The position numbers were made by a program, and so were the translations under genes. 64,000 bases of DNA. It comes from Tubulanus polymorphus. Taxonomy: Eukaryota > Animalia > Nemertea. This document shows, piece after piece, positions 1 through 12,681 of the stretch. Every line of letters starts with the position of its first letter. Position 1 is the first letter of the stretch. The notes below the pieces were generated by a model. It had not been told where the DNA came from and did not search any database. It saw only the letters and a list, made by a program, of their open reading frames with translations. The stretch lies in the NCBI RefSeq assembly GCF_964204645.1, contig NC_134027.1, positions 13,548,485 through 13,612,484 of the forward strand, written 5' to 3'.

Positions 1-253
1 TTGGAACTGTTAGTTATTCAATGGTATTTAAAAAAGTATTTAAAATGGGAGGTGTTAATGTTGATAGATTTGATATAAATGATATTTTAAAATTAACATT
101 AGCAGTTACTTTATCTAATTTAAGTATTGATTATTTAGAAAAACAAAAATATATTCCTCCCATATAAATGCGTAATTATTTTACTAAATAAATGGCTTCT
201 GCAATTATAACTATTATAGGATCAGCAATTGTTAACGCTTTAGCATTTACTGG
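1..253 (+). mobile_element. Polinton family A fragment (A0): end of the 73-aa gene and start of the 140-aa gene, truncated at 253
   Basis: Near-identical to 5470-5721; identity stops abruptly after ...gcatttactgg. Confidence 0.9.
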
Positions 254-1003
254 ACAGCGTCGTACAACGGTGCCCGTGGCGGCGTTTCTTGCTGGTGTAG
301 TTTTTTTACTATTCTGCCCGTGCGGCAGATAGCGAACCGGAAACCGACGAAAACGCAAACAAACAGGCAATTCCGGAGAAGTCTGTATTTATTGATACGC
401 CGTCGATTCGAGACGGTAAAAAACTGAAATAACAGAGATAATTTTAATTATTAACTGAAACGACTAAATAAACTAAATCTCAGGACAATGAATAAAGGAT
501 AAATGCTTACACTGTACGTGGGCAAGTTCCAAGGTAGATACGCGAAGAGATACAGATACGCGGATGTATGGAAGATTTTCCTAGTTACAGCAAGTATTAG
601 CAGACAATAAAAATAGACACGTATACGGAAGTAAACAAACTCCGGGGAACTAAAAAATACGTATATAGACTCTGGAGCTAAACCGCGGTTACAGACTCAC
701 TAAACTGACTGTATAAAAAAGTGTAGATCTCACTACAGACAAGCACTAAATCTAAATGCATGCATAACGATGTAACCATGTTACAGCACAATTACCTTAT
801 GGTTATTAAAACATAAAATCAATATCATCGAACTCGAAATCACTATTGGCTTCTTCATTTTCATTTAATTGTTTAGGTTCTTCTTCCATTTCATTTTTCT
901 CATTTAAATAAAGTTCTATCTTGTTCCACATTTCATCTCGCTCTCTTTGTTTCTTTTTTGATGGGTTTCGTCGTCAGACGAACCCATCTATGGCATCGTC
1001 GTC

Positions 1004-1004
1004 A

Positions 1005-1041
<37 letters not shown>
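1004..1041 (+). repeat. (TGTC)n microsatellite
   Basis: About 9 tgtc units. Confidence 0.9.
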
Positions 1042-1044
<3 letters not shown>

Positions 1045-2975
1045 GATGTTTCTTTATGACACGATTTAAGCTGTTTGTGTGGACCGACAATTCTGTAATT
1101 TCACACAGGTATTCTCTACTTGATGTAGATGGTGCAGCTTGGTTTATATTTGATTCCGATGGTTATAAGTGCTCTAATTTGGTTAAAAGATAATTAACGT
1201 TACTCGCTAGTTCAAGCCGCTGTATAGCGCGTTGCTACGACGACGCTCGATCAACATACTGGTACTCGCTGTGTAATACTGAACACGTGATCGTACTAGC
1301 ACCGGTTTTAGATAGCGCGCGCGCTGATCGGTCTTAACACTTCTCGGAACTGCTGTGCTAAATGCTGAGAGGCCGAATCTATGCGCAATCATTTATTGGG
1401 CTCGTCACATTTGATAGTGAATGGATAAATAACCGGTGTCAATGACGGTCGCTACTCCCCATCAGTATAACTCATCAGTATAAGAAATAATTCTTTCGAG
1501 TTTTTTTTTTCAATCCCGAAGTTGTTGTTACTATGTTGACCTCGCCGTTTTATAAGCTTACCGATGATTCTTCTAGTATTTTCAGGGTCACAAGACATGA
1601 CGAAGTCGCAAAGTTTTGTACAAATTTCACGAAACAAACAATTATTTAGGCGGCACCTGATCTATTGATTAATTATGATAAATAATGTTTATTTCATTAA
1701 AAATTTGTTTTATTCAAACACTACTTTCATCGCACATAGCGTGATCGGTAGGCCCTACTATTCTACGGTAGGCCATGGACTCTTTCATGTGGTAGGCCTA
1801 TTACAAATGATACAATCCGCGTGTCCGTGAATAAGTGACACGTGGTGGGGCGGGTTGTGAGGAGCATCGAAACTAATCCGTCACAAATAATAGATAGAAA
1901 ACAATACCTTAAGTGGTTAACTTTTATTAACATCATTACCAAATCAAAACCTGCACATCCTATCATAAATAGAAATTCTAAGAATTCATTTCAAAGAATA
2001 ATAAATTACGTCTAAATTTTGGGATTCGAACTCGTAGCATCGATTCAGGTGCCTTTCCCAAAGCGGGTATCCCGCGGGGAAAACCCATTACTATTTATAT
2101 CGAGAATCGCCTTTTTGCGACAGCGCCACGGCGCTGGAGCATATTAAGTTGATCGAACCACCTGGTGTCTTCCAATACCACCACCTAGTGGGCTCAAATT
2201 CAAGTTCAAATATACTTTATTGATACTCATCAAATATACTTAATTGTTACTTTATCAATACTTTATTGTTCCCAGTACGGCAAATACATCGGATTTCCGC
2301 AATTAAGTAGACAGAACACAAATAAAATCAAGAATCTTTTAGTATTCAGAAAACAACGTACATGTTATTTTTCAACTTTAATTAGCAATGAGATAATTTT
2401 TTGCGACACTCACGGATGATGCGCATTCCCTTTCTGGAAGGCTGATCGGCTCTTCCCTGAAAAATTAATTTCTGAATCGACGTCCCGTAATGATGAATAC
2501 TATTTTTAGATCCCCTGATTTCAAAATTCAAAAATATAGATTTATATGAACCTTAGGGGTACCCTTGTAATTAACAAATTATTCGAAAGCAAAGATCTTG
2601 CATTTTAAGCATTTTCTTTATTTCAAGCCGCCGAATTGATTGTCTAAATCTCTTTGCTCTTCTCGGAACTTGTATTCAATTAAATTTTCTATTCTCATTC
2701 TACAATTTGTACATGAATACTATCAACGGTAGCATTTGTTTCTTTTCATTTCGTTTTTCATAATGATTTTGTAATATTTAAATCTTCATTTTATCGCGAC
2801 GGGTGCTTCCGCTTTTAAACTGTTCGTTTGTTACTTCCGATTTTGTAATCTTCTTTAATTTATTCATTCTTTATGACTTCTCTCTCTCCAAAATCGGAAT
2901 AATTGTATCCTTAGATACAATAGGATCTTGATTTTTAATGACTTTGCAAAACCACCTGTCGCAGTATATTTCCTT

Positions 2976-3782
2976 TTAGAAATATACCTTGTTGACAGCG
3001 AGTTCGGTGAATGAAACAGAAACAATTACACAGAAACCCATCATGGAAAGTTTCTTTCTGGTGTTTGTTAATTCATCAAATGGAATTATAATATCTAGGT
3101 TTAAATAATTTACAATCTTATTTAAAAAGAATTCATAATTTATTGAATCTGTTATTCTATTTTCCAAATAATACATTAATATTTGTTTGAATATTTTTTT
3201 TATATTTTTCATATCTTCTTCTGTTAATTTAGGTTTTTCATAATAATCGTTAAATAATAAATATAAATACATTTTCTTTTGTTTTGTGTTAAATGTTGAC
3301 GGAATAATTGTTTTTATAATATCTTTTTTTGTTATTTCACCATTTTTATTTTCTATCATTTTCATTTTTTCAAGCCATTGCATATATTCTGGTGTATGAT
3401 CTTCTATAGAAAATATTTTAAAAATTTCATCAAGATAATTTAATTTTGGATCTATGAGAAAATTTCTAGTTTTTTCTTCACCCAATAAATTCTTTTGCCA
3501 TCCACATTCATTACAAAATAACACAGTACCTTCTTGCCCTAAGGTCGCATAACTACATTGTGGACATTTTCGTTTATAATTTATTGGTAATAGATCTTCA
3601 TTAAGCTCTTGGTATTTTCTTACGTTTTCTTTATGTTTTATTGTTCTATTATGTAGATTTGAATTACTTGTTGTAATAATCAATTTACAATATTTACAAT
3701 AATATGTTTTTCTTGTTAATTCATTATATTGTTTTTCTAACTTTTCAACTGTTTCCTTATTATCTGGTAACGTTTTCTCATA
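2976..3782 (-). pseudogene. Poxvirus VLTF3-like late transcription factor, 5' frameshifted and 3' truncated
   Basis: CPQC..CNECG zinc ribbon, then a helical region with IKKIFKQI and SINYEFFLNKIV resembling the VLTF3 C-terminal motif; the last ~25 aa run into unrelated DNA. Confidence 0.55.
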
Positions 3783-3793
3783 TTTTATTTTTT

Positions 3794-4225
3794 CTAATAA
3801 ATTATTTTTTCTTTCATTGAATTCAGTTTCAATTTATTAGAAATTTTATCTATATGTGCTTTACGAAATTGATGATTCTCCCAATCTTCTATATTTTCAG
3901 GGTTATATTTTATTCGACAAGGCTTACAGAAATGATCTTTTATATTATCCTTGTCATAGAATAAGAAAGGTCTTTTCCAAATAATTTCAGGTTCAACTTC
4001 AACAGAATTACTATTACTTTCATTACTATCAACATTAGCCGTTGCACCATTAATTTTACATTTCTCTGAATGTTTTTTAACATAATTACTTGAGAATAGT
4101 TTATTACATTTTGGGCAGTTTAGTTTAGGGGGTTTATAATTTTCTTCATGTTTTTTCATATGTCGAGCCATATTACTTTTTCTTAGAAGTTCACCACAAA
4201 TTTCGCATGCTATCTTCTCATCCAT
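3794..4225 (-). CDS. C2H2 zinc-finger protein (Polinton accessory)
   Basis: CEIC..HMKKH, CPKC..HSEKC, CKPC..H..H; TAAATG start. Confidence 0.8.
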   Translation of the reverse strand: MDEKIACEICGELLRKSNMARHMKKHEENYKPPKLNCPKCNKLFSSNYVKKHSEKCKINGATANVDSNESNSNSVEVEPEIIWKRPFLFYDKDNIKDHFCKPCRIKYNPENIEDWENHQFRKAHIDKISNKLKLNSMKEKIIY

Positions 4226-4293
4226 TTATTTAGGAAAAATTTTATTAAAATTAATTTTTAGTGATGAGCGGTAATTTTTTTATGTTATAAATA

Positions 4294-5055
4294 ATGGTAG
4301 AATTAAAAGAATACAGAATATTTGTTGATTCTAGAAAACTTACAAATTATAAATCACATAATTTACTAGTACAATTAGATAGAGAATTTAAGAATTGTGT
4401 AGATTTAAAATTAGTTAATATAAGTTTATGTAATTCTTTTTATAATATATCGAATAAAACTATTGAACATAGAGCCTTTTTAATTTTTGATAAAGGTAAA
4501 AATGAATGGTCCTATATATATTTAAAACCGGGGTTATATAATTTAGATACATTAGCACAAGAAATTAATAGAAAAGCCTGGCACAAGTTAGGTAGTAGTT
4601 CTGGGTTTAGTATTAGATTTTTAAAAAGTGAGAGTTCTGATAGAATAAAGATAAGGTTGTCTAATAGTGAAAAACATAAATTTATGGTAAAAAAACCTAT
4701 AGCTAAACTGTTAGGAATTCTTCCAGATAGATCTTTTAAAAATATTGACGCTACTACACCAAACTTAATACCTTACACACATTTCTATATTTATTGCAAT
4801 TTAATCGATCCTACAAAAACATTCGAAGCAACTAAAGATATAACTTGTAATTCTGGTTTACTAAACATTTTACCATTGAAGAATGTTAAAGAATTTGGAA
4901 CGCAAATAAATTATAATTTAACAGAATGTGATTTCAAACCTTGTATTCCACATTTCAATAATTTTAAATTAGAAATAAGAAATCATAATGGTTATTTAAT
5001 TGATTTGAATAACTTTCCTGTAATTTATGAATTAGTTATAAGATGTAAAGAGTAA
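4294..5055 (+). CDS. Putative minor capsid (penton) protein
   Basis: IFVDSR N-terminus, LKPGLYN, FYIYCNLI and IRNHNGYLIDLNN C-terminus typical of Polinton/PLV pentons; 253 aa. Confidence 0.75.
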   Translation: MVELKEYRIFVDSRKLTNYKSHNLLVQLDREFKNCVDLKLVNISLCNSFYNISNKTIEHRAFLIFDKGKNEWSYIYLKPGLYNLDTLAQEINRKAWHKLGSSSGFSIRFLKSESSDRIKIRLSNSEKHKFMVKKPIAKLLGILPDRSFKNIDATTPNLIPYTHFYIYCNLIDPTKTFEATKDITCNSGLLNILPLKNVKEFGTQINYNLTECDFKPCIPHFNNFKLEIRNHNGYLIDLNNFPVIYELVIRCKE

Positions 5056-5071
5056 TTTTTTCACTATATAA

Positions 5072-5413
5072 ATGAATATAACTGTTGGACCGAGTATATG
5101 TTTTGGATTTGATTTTAAACGTGAGAAAGAAATAAGAATTAAACTAAATGATGTAATTACTGATATAAAAAGTAAATCATTTAACAATGCATTAATGATT
5201 AATAAAGAAAATTATAATATAGAAAAAGTAATTGATTTAATTAAATCACCTTTAAAATATTATGAATTAAATGAAGATGGAATTATTGATGATATTAAAA
5301 ACATATTAACCGAAATATATGATAATCATAAAAGTAATAATGAAATAAATGTTGATTTAATCATAAATAAGTTAACTAAATATTTTGATGATAGTAATTT
5401 TTTTGATAAATAA
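5072..5413 (+). CDS. Polinton hypothetical protein (113 aa)
   Basis: Open ORF with TAAATG start in a compact gene array. Confidence 0.65.
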   Translation: MNITVGPSICFGFDFKREKEIRIKLNDVITDIKSKSFNNALMINKENYNIEKVIDLIKSPLKYYELNEDGIIDDIKNILTEIYDNHKSNNEINVDLIINKLTKYFDDSNFFDK

Positions 5414-5635
5414 ATGAGTGATAAAAAGTGGATAATAACTGGATTATATAATGGAGCATTACTATCAGTTGGAACTGTTGGTTACTCAATGGTATTAAAA
5501 AAAGTATTTAAAATGGGAAGTGTTAATGTTGATAGATTTGATATAAATGATATTTTAAAATTAACATTAGCAGTTACTTTATCTAATTTAACTATTGATT
5601 ATTTAGAAAAACAAAAATATATTCCTCCCATATAA
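5414..5635 (+). CDS. Small hydrophobic protein (73 aa)
   Basis: Two hydrophobic segments; homologues at 1-167 and 37976-38196. Confidence 0.7.
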   Translation: MSDKKWIITGLYNGALLSVGTVGYSMVLKKVFKMGSVNVDRFDINDILKLTLAVTLSNLTIDYLEKQKYIPPI

Positions 5636-5659
5636 ATGCGTAATTATTTTACTAAATAA

Positions 5660-6082
5660 ATGGCTTCTGCAATTATAACTATTATAGGATCGGCAATTGT
5701 TAACGCTTTAGCATTTACTGGTGGCGGTTATTTATTTAAGCATATTGATAAAAATAGTTCATTAGGAGAACAAAGAAGACATAATTTAGCATTAGAGAAA
5801 TATAATAAAGCAGCAGAAGAATACAGAGAAAAGAGACAAAACTATATGGATTACATCAATAAAGAATTATATGATCAGAAGATTTCACATAGAGATTTTC
5901 AATCAGTTGATGATGCAATGAGTTTATATAACGCGGTAACCAATAAAGAAAAATTACATCTATACAAACCTAAATTATCAGATTATGATACCCCAAGTAA
6001 AGAACAACAGAAATATGAAATAATATGGATTTTAGGTGGAACAGTTATTGTTATATTTGTTGCTTATAAGTTTACTAAGTAG
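5660..6082 (+). CDS. Putative membrane protein (140 aa)
   Basis: N- and C-terminal hydrophobic helices around a coiled coil; homologue at 38221. Confidence 0.75.
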   Translation: MASAIITIIGSAIVNALAFTGGGYLFKHIDKNSSLGEQRRHNLALEKYNKAAEEYREKRQNYMDYINKELYDQKISHRDFQSVDDAMSLYNAVTNKEKLHLYKPKLSDYDTPSKEQQKYEIIWILGGTVIVIFVAYKFTK

Positions 6083-6101
6083 TAATTTTTTTTCTAAATA
6101 A

Positions 6102-6536
6102 ATGGAAGATAAAGTTGATAATATTGATATTATTCCTCATGATATAAATAAAACTAAATTAAAAATATATTTAGAAAAACAAATATTAGAATTTGAAAGT
6201 GACTTAAAGATAAAAAAGAAAAAATGTTTAAAAAGTAAAATTATATATTATTTGATTATAAGTGGTTCAGTTACAATTAGTTCTGTAATAACATTTTTAG
6301 CAATATTCAGTCCATTAACACCTTTAGCTATATCAATTGGTGTATTAGGATTAAGTTCAAGTGTTTTAACTGGTATAAGTTCAAAATTAAATATAAAAAG
6401 TAATAAAGAAAAAATTAAAACTAATATAAAAGAAATTAATAAATTAAAGAACACACTAGATTATATAATAAGTTTAAATGGTCATAAAACAGTTGAAGAA
6501 CAAGATAAATTATTAGAAGAATTAATAAATTATTAA
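6102..6536 (+). CDS. Putative two-TM membrane protein (144 aa)
   Basis: Central hydrophobic hairpin flanked by coiled coils. Confidence 0.7.
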   Translation: MEDKVDNIDIIPHDINKTKLKIYLEKQILEFESDLKIKKKKCLKSKIIYYLIISGSVTISSVITFLAIFSPLTPLAISIGVLGLSSSVLTGISSKLNIKSNKEKIKTNIKEINKLKNTLDYIISLNGHKTVEEQDKLLEELINY

Positions 6537-6552
6537 TTTTTTAATTATATAA

Positions 6553-7875
6553 ATGGCAGATAGTTTTCCAAAAGCTTTCCAAAATAATAAATGAATTAAA
6601 TATAATATTCCTGCAATAGATTTTAATAAAGATATAACATATAGAAATGAAGTTTTAAATTCATTAATTGATTTATATATTTATGTTACTGAAAGTAATA
6701 ATTTTCATGTAAAGATGGAAAATATATTTCATGTGTATACAATTAATTTCAAAAATTTCAATGAGGCAAAACAATGGTTATTAACATCTAATATGAAGTA
6801 TTGGCAGAACCAATTAAATTTTGCGGTTTATTGTGCAACAACAGGTTGTGGAATTAGTTGGAATGATCATTTAAACAAACCAAGTTTACCATTGATGTTA
6901 TCACTTTTTGGATTTCATACATATTTTCAAATAAAATTAATATTAGATGAATTAGAATGTCCTTTACCAGGTTCAAAATATTTTAAAGAATTGAATAATA
7001 ATATTAATTTTTCTAAGTTTTATAAAATATGTAATGAATTTAATATTAATTCAAATAAAGATTTTAGAGCAAAAATTGGAACAATGGGTGGATTAGGAAT
7101 ATTGTATACTAAAGAATTTGGAAAAATAATGACAAATTCAGATATAAGAACACTAAATTGGAATGAATTACCAAAATATTATGAAAATATACAACAACAA
7201 AATAATAATGGTTGGGTTTATTTCATTTTAGAAAATAGTGAAGGTTTTACTAAAGCTGGTATACAAAGAATAAATCAATCTATTAGAACTTATTTGATAT
7301 GTATTTTAGGTGCACAAGTTAAAACAAGATCACCAATAGTTGGAAATGATAACACTTCATTCGATGCACAGAAACAATTCAAAGTATTATTTGAAGATTC
7401 CATTCATAATGATAAAAATAGATCGATTCCAGAAAACATTGTAAGATATCAAAATTATTTAGATAAATCACATATTAGATTAAATTATTGTATAGGCCCT
7501 AATCTATTAATTATTTCTAATGATTTAGTATTAAAGATGGGAAATATAATTGGTTACAATAATCCAATTAAAACTGCAACAATTAATAATTCATTTGGAT
7601 TAAATGATATAAATAAAAAGATTATTACTGCTCCAAAATTAATGGAAGGTGAAAAAAATAAAAAAAATATTCAATCAACAGAAACTAAAACTAAGAATAT
7701 TGAATTAAATAGTGATTCTAAACCGGATTATAATACATCAGAAAATATTAAAACTGATAATATTCAACATGATATAATTAAAACTGATAATGATAATAAA
7801 TACCATGAAAATACTAAATTAGCTTTAACTTGTATAGGAATTGTTATAGGAGGAATATTATATTTTAAATTTTAA
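6553..7875 (+). pseudogene. Polinton hypothetical protein with C-terminal TM anchor; likely start at 6553 with an early lesion
   Basis: TAAATG at 6550-6555; ORF 6715-7875 contains WQNQLNFAVYCATTGCG and ends LTCIGIVIGGILYFKF. Confidence 0.65.
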
Positions 7876-7891
7876 TTTTTTTATTATATAA

Positions 7892-9355
7892 ATGGATGTA
7901 GAAGGTGGAGAAGATATTGGAATAGATCCTTTTGATGAACCTGGTATAACTGATGAACAACAACCTGATTTTAGTGAAACAAGTTTAAATGATGGTAATG
8001 AGCCAGAATATAATAATAATTTAAATATGCCTGATTACATTAAAAATGCAGAATCACAATTAAATCCTGAAAATTTAGACCCAGATTTAGTAAAACAAGA
8101 TTTAGATAATTTAAACAAAATACCTAAATTAAAACATATAATTGAAAATTCTGAATTTAACATAAATGATGAAGACGTTGGACCTTTAGCATATAAATTA
8201 AAATTTTTAGATAATGGTAAATGTTATTATCGCTTGAAAGGTGATTATTATATTGATATCACTTATAAAAATAATAAAAAGAAAATATTAGCAGAATCAA
8301 CTTTAAAAAAATTAGAACCAGATAAAATCAAAATAATAAGTAATAGTAATGAAATAACTGATGTTACGCAAAAAGAAAGAGATGATAATATAGACGTATT
8401 TGAACAAAGAATTAATGAATTATTTGAAATAATCAAAAAGAAATCAGAAACAGAAAAAACTTCTGAACAGAATATAACTTCCAAAACTAGTAAACTTAAA
8501 TCAAATAAAGTTTCAATTGAAAAACTTTTACCGAATGGATTAATTGATGCAACAGATCAACAATTAGAAGATTTAAATAATATATTTTCTGTTGAAGCAA
8601 TTAGAGAAATTAAAAGTATAAGACTTGCATCTGATAAAATTGCACATGATAAAAGTATAAGAGATTTTAAAATTAGAACTTTAGAAAAAGAATTAACTGA
8701 TAAAAATAAAGAAATAGAACAATTAAACTCTGATTTAGATCATCAAGTAATTGATGAAATGGAATATAGGCAAAAAGAATTACGTTTAGAAAAAGAAAAA
8801 GATGATTAAGAATATAACATAGAATTACAAAAAGAAGAAATTAAATTATTGTTAAAATCATATGATTATAATATTAATAGATTAAAAGTTATTTCTAAAG
8901 ATTTGTTGATAAAACCAAATTCTGAAATATCATTAAAAGATAGAATAAAGTTATTATTTAAATTAGAAGGAATAACAATTCTTTCAATTCTAACAGCTGT
9001 AACTCTGTTATTTACAACAATAGGTTTAGCAATATCAAATGCTTTGAAATCTACTCCTACTCCCAATAAACCAGATAAACCCCCGAATGATAATAATTCT
9101 ATACAAGATAAAGTTAAAGATGGTTTGAAGAAATTAGCAAAATATTTATGGGAACGATCTAAAAAATCTGCTGCAGCATTACCAGGAATTATTGCATCAA
9201 TTGTTGGCTTTATATTGAAATCTGCAGGAAACATTATTAACTTTGCTGCTGAACATATTATTTTATTTTTAATTACAGTTGTAAGTGCTATTATTTTTGG
9301 GTTAGTGAATATGATATCAAAAAGATATCAAGAAAAAATAATAAAAAATAAATAA
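7892..9355 (+). pseudogene. ~487-aa acidic/coiled-coil protein with C-terminal hydrophobic helices, split by a nonsense codon
   Basis: TAA at 8807-8809 corresponds to TTA in A2, joining the 305-aa and 168-aa ORFs in frame. Confidence 0.8.
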
Positions 9356-9375
9356 TTAATTTTTTTGTTTAATAA

Positions 9376-10611
9376 ATGAGTGGGAGTTATATAAGTCCTT
9401 CTAAGATTTCTAGAATATCTAATGCTATTAAAGCAGAAAGATCACATCATATAATTACTCATAATCCTTCAAATATTAATCCCGATGAAACTTTATATGT
9501 TAGAATTCCTAGATTAACACAAAATACTTTTTATGTTCCAAATAGTATTTATTTATCAGCTGATATAAAAGTTATTGGTCATGATAATAATTATGTTGTT
9601 GATAATGTTGGGAGATATTTGATTAAAAAATTAACTCTAAAGATTGGTCCAGAAACAGTTTTCTCATTAGATGATTATAATTTATTTATGCATTATAAAG
9701 ATGTATGGTTAACTAAAGAAAATAGAAATAATATGATATTTCAGGGTATTCAATCGGAAAACCATAATAAATTAAGATCAGGAGCTAATGACGCAATAGT
9801 AACTCGTGCCACAGATAATTTGATAAAAAAGATTTATGGAAGCAAATATAGAATTCCATTAGACTTTGAATTGATAAATAATAATGCACCTTTATATAAA
9901 TATGTAATTCAAGAAGATATTATATTTGCTCCTGTAAATGAAATTGTATTATCTAGCGTTGTTAAAGATATGGGATATAAATTATCGAATATATGTTTAG
10001 AATATGACACAGTAACTAATGAAAATATTGCTAGCACAATTCAAACTCAATACAATCAAGGATTTTCATTATTATATGATTATATTGATAAATTTAAAAC
10101 TGTAACTATTAATGCAAATGATGAAATAATTAATGAGAATATTAACTTCCCAAGAAGATCTATTAAAGGTATATTAATATTTTTTACCATTGCAACATAT
10201 TCTAATGGTGCAATAAAGGTTGATAATTATTATAATCCTGAAATAACAAAAGTAGAAATAACTATCGAAGGTATAGCAAATAAAATATTTTGCCAGGGAA
10301 TGAGAATGATAGATCAGTGGCCAGAAATTAGAAAACATTTTATGAATGAAAAAGTAAAATCATTTGAAAATTGTAATATTAATCAAATTGATTATTATAC
10401 CGGCAATAAATACGCACTATGGTTAGATTTTAGAACAACAGAGGATAATTCATTACATGGTTCTGGGAAAAAACTACAAAATACTAAAGATGGAATACAA
10501 TTATTCATGGCAAAGAAAAGAGGAGACAAAAATTTCAAAATGCACATTTATATTATATCTGAGGCTCAATTAAATATTGTAAATTCACAATTAGATAGTA
10601 TTCAATATTAG
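9376..10611 (+). CDS. Putative double jelly-roll major capsid protein
   Basis: 411-aa beta-rich ORF next to integrase and ATPase; lacks a short in-frame segment present in A2 (QITF). Confidence 0.7.
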   Translation: MSGSYISPSKISRISNAIKAERSHHIITHNPSNINPDETLYVRIPRLTQNTFYVPNSIYLSADIKVIGHDNNYVVDNVGRYLIKKLTLKIGPETVFSLDDYNLFMHYKDVWLTKENRNNMIFQGIQSENHNKLRSGANDAIVTRATDNLIKKIYGSKYRIPLDFELINNNAPLYKYVIQEDIIFAPVNEIVLSSVVKDMGYKLSNICLEYDTVTNENIASTIQTQYNQGFSLLYDYIDKFKTVTINANDEIINENINFPRRSIKGILIFFTIATYSNGAIKVDNYYNPEITKVEITIEGIANKIFCQGMRMIDQWPEIRKHFMNEKVKSFENCNINQIDYYTGNKYALWLDFRTTEDNSLHGSGKKLQNTKDGIQLFMAKKRGDKNFKMHIYIISEAQLNIVNSQLDSIQY

Positions 10612-10641
10612 AAATATAAAGTTAAAATTAACGATATATAA

Positions 10642-11770
10642 ATGGGTGGTAAAAAAACTCCTAATACTAAAGAACAATATTTAAGAAATTTATATTACAA
10701 CCCTGAGAGTTCGGTTGCTTATTCTTCTACCAAAAATATATGGCGTCAAGTAAAACAAGATAAATTAGATAAGATAATCCCACAAAATGTAGTTAAATAT
10801 AAAGATATAAATGAATTTATGTTAGAACAACCAACATATACAACACATAAAAAAATTGTTAGAAAATATAAAACTCGTAAAACTATGGTAAGTTATGTAG
10901 ATCAACAGTGGCAAGGAGATTTAATTGATATGAAAAATGTTAAGAAAGATAATGATGATTATTGGCGGATATTGAATATAATTGATATTTTTAGTCGTTA
11001 CGTATGGAGTTTCCCACTTTATAGAAAAGATGCTGTACAAACATCAAATGTTTTAAGAAAATTTCTTTCGGATGATAAACTAAAACCAGAAAAAATACAA
11101 TTTGATGATGGAAAAGAGTTTGATAATTCACTTGTTCATGAACTCTTAGATAATCATAATATTGAATATTTTTCAACAAAATCGGATAAAAAAGCAGCAG
11201 TTGTTGAACGATTTAATAGAACATTAAGAACAAGAATGTGGAAATATTTCACAGCAAATAATACTTTTAAATGGATTGATGTTTTACCAAAATTGATAGA
11301 AGGATATAATAATTCTTATCATTCTTCTATTGGAATGAAACCTATTGATGCTAGAAAACCTGAAAATGCTGAAATTGTTTGGAATAATTTATATGGAGCA
11401 TTTCTTTTAGATGATTTTGGTGAACCTAAATTTAAAGTTGGTCAAAATGTTAGAATTTCTAAGTATAAAAAGATATTTGATGAAGGATACGATCGAAATT
11501 TTACTAGGGAAATATATAAAATAAAAAAGGTAATAACAACAAAACCATATGTCTATAAATTAGAAGATTTAGATGGTGAAGAAGTTGATGGCTACTTTTA
11601 CGAAGAAGAATTAAGTTTAACTACAGAAAATCTAGAACAAGAATATAAAATTGAAAAAGTATTAAAAACCAAAACTATTAAAAGAAAAAATATTCTTTAG
11701 TAAAATGGGTTGGATGGCCAGATAAATTCAATGAATGGATATTATCAAGTAAAATTAAAAATATATAAAT
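10642..11770 (+). pseudogene. Retroviral-like (rve) integrase with chromo-like C-terminus, frameshifted near 11690
   Basis: QWQGDLID, IDIFSRY, QFDDGKEF, VERFNRTL (DDE); YKIEKVL..LVKWVGWPDKFNEW after the shift. Confidence 0.93.
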
Positions 11771-12377
11771 TAATAAGGAATTATTTATATTTGAGCCTCA
11801 TAATATGTTAATTTCTGGTGTAACAAATTGTGGAAAAACTTATTTTATATTAAATTTATTAGAAACTGTTCATGAAAACTATTTTGATAATATAGTATTA
11901 TTTTGTCCAACATATGAATTTAATCAAACTTATGATAGAAATATTACTAGAAATAATAAATTTATTATATTAGATCCTAAAACAGTAAAAGAAAATTTAG
12001 ATAATTGAATCAAAATAGCAATTGATATTTATAAAGGATCAAATACATTATTCATCATAGATGATTGTGCTAATCTACATGATTCAAAAGTTAGAGAAAG
12101 TGAGTTATGCTATTTAGCTTTTTCTGGCAGACATTTTGGGATAACAACTTGGGTTTTAAATCAAAAATATAATTCAATTGTTAAAGACTTTAGAGAAAAC
12201 ATTGGATTTCTAGTTTTATTCTACAATAAAGATAGAAAATCGATGAAAAATGCACTTGAGGAAAATGATATTATTCCACATGATTTACATAATGAATATA
12301 TGGATAAGTTGAAAAATATTAAAAGATCAAAATTACTATTTAGATTACAACACCCATTTAAATATGAATTTATTTAA
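11769..12377 (+). pseudogene. A32/FtsK-HerA-like packaging ATPase; start mutated, internal stop
   Basis: Walker A GVTNCGKT, Walker B FIIDD, SGRHFGI; TGA at 12006 is TGT in A2. Confidence 0.9.
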
Positions 12378-12650
12378 ATTCAACTGGTTCGTTAATCTAG
12401 TATATTTTTAGTTACATTCTAGTTGAATTCTAGTTATTAGTAGTTGGAACAAAAATCAACTAGATTTAACAATATTCTAACTAGCTTGTTAATCTAGTAT
12501 ATTTTTAGTTACATTCTAGTTGAATTCTAGTTATTAGTAGTTGAAACAAAAATCAACTAGATTTAACAAGAAATAAATAAAAACAACAATATTTCAACTA
12601 GCTTGTTAATCTAGTTGAATTCTAGTTACATGCTAGTTGAATTCTAGTTG
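12378..12650. repeat. Intergenic CTAG-core repeat array
   Basis: Repeated ttctagtt/aatctagt/aactag units in 2-3 ~110-bp blocks; same array at 43537-43812. Confidence 0.85.
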
Positions 12651-12681
12651 CAACAACACAAATAATTTATTTGTTATATAA

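Noticed and set aside
771-1409. Possible solo LTR (TG...CA)
   Set aside because: No matching TSD and no second copy or internal domain
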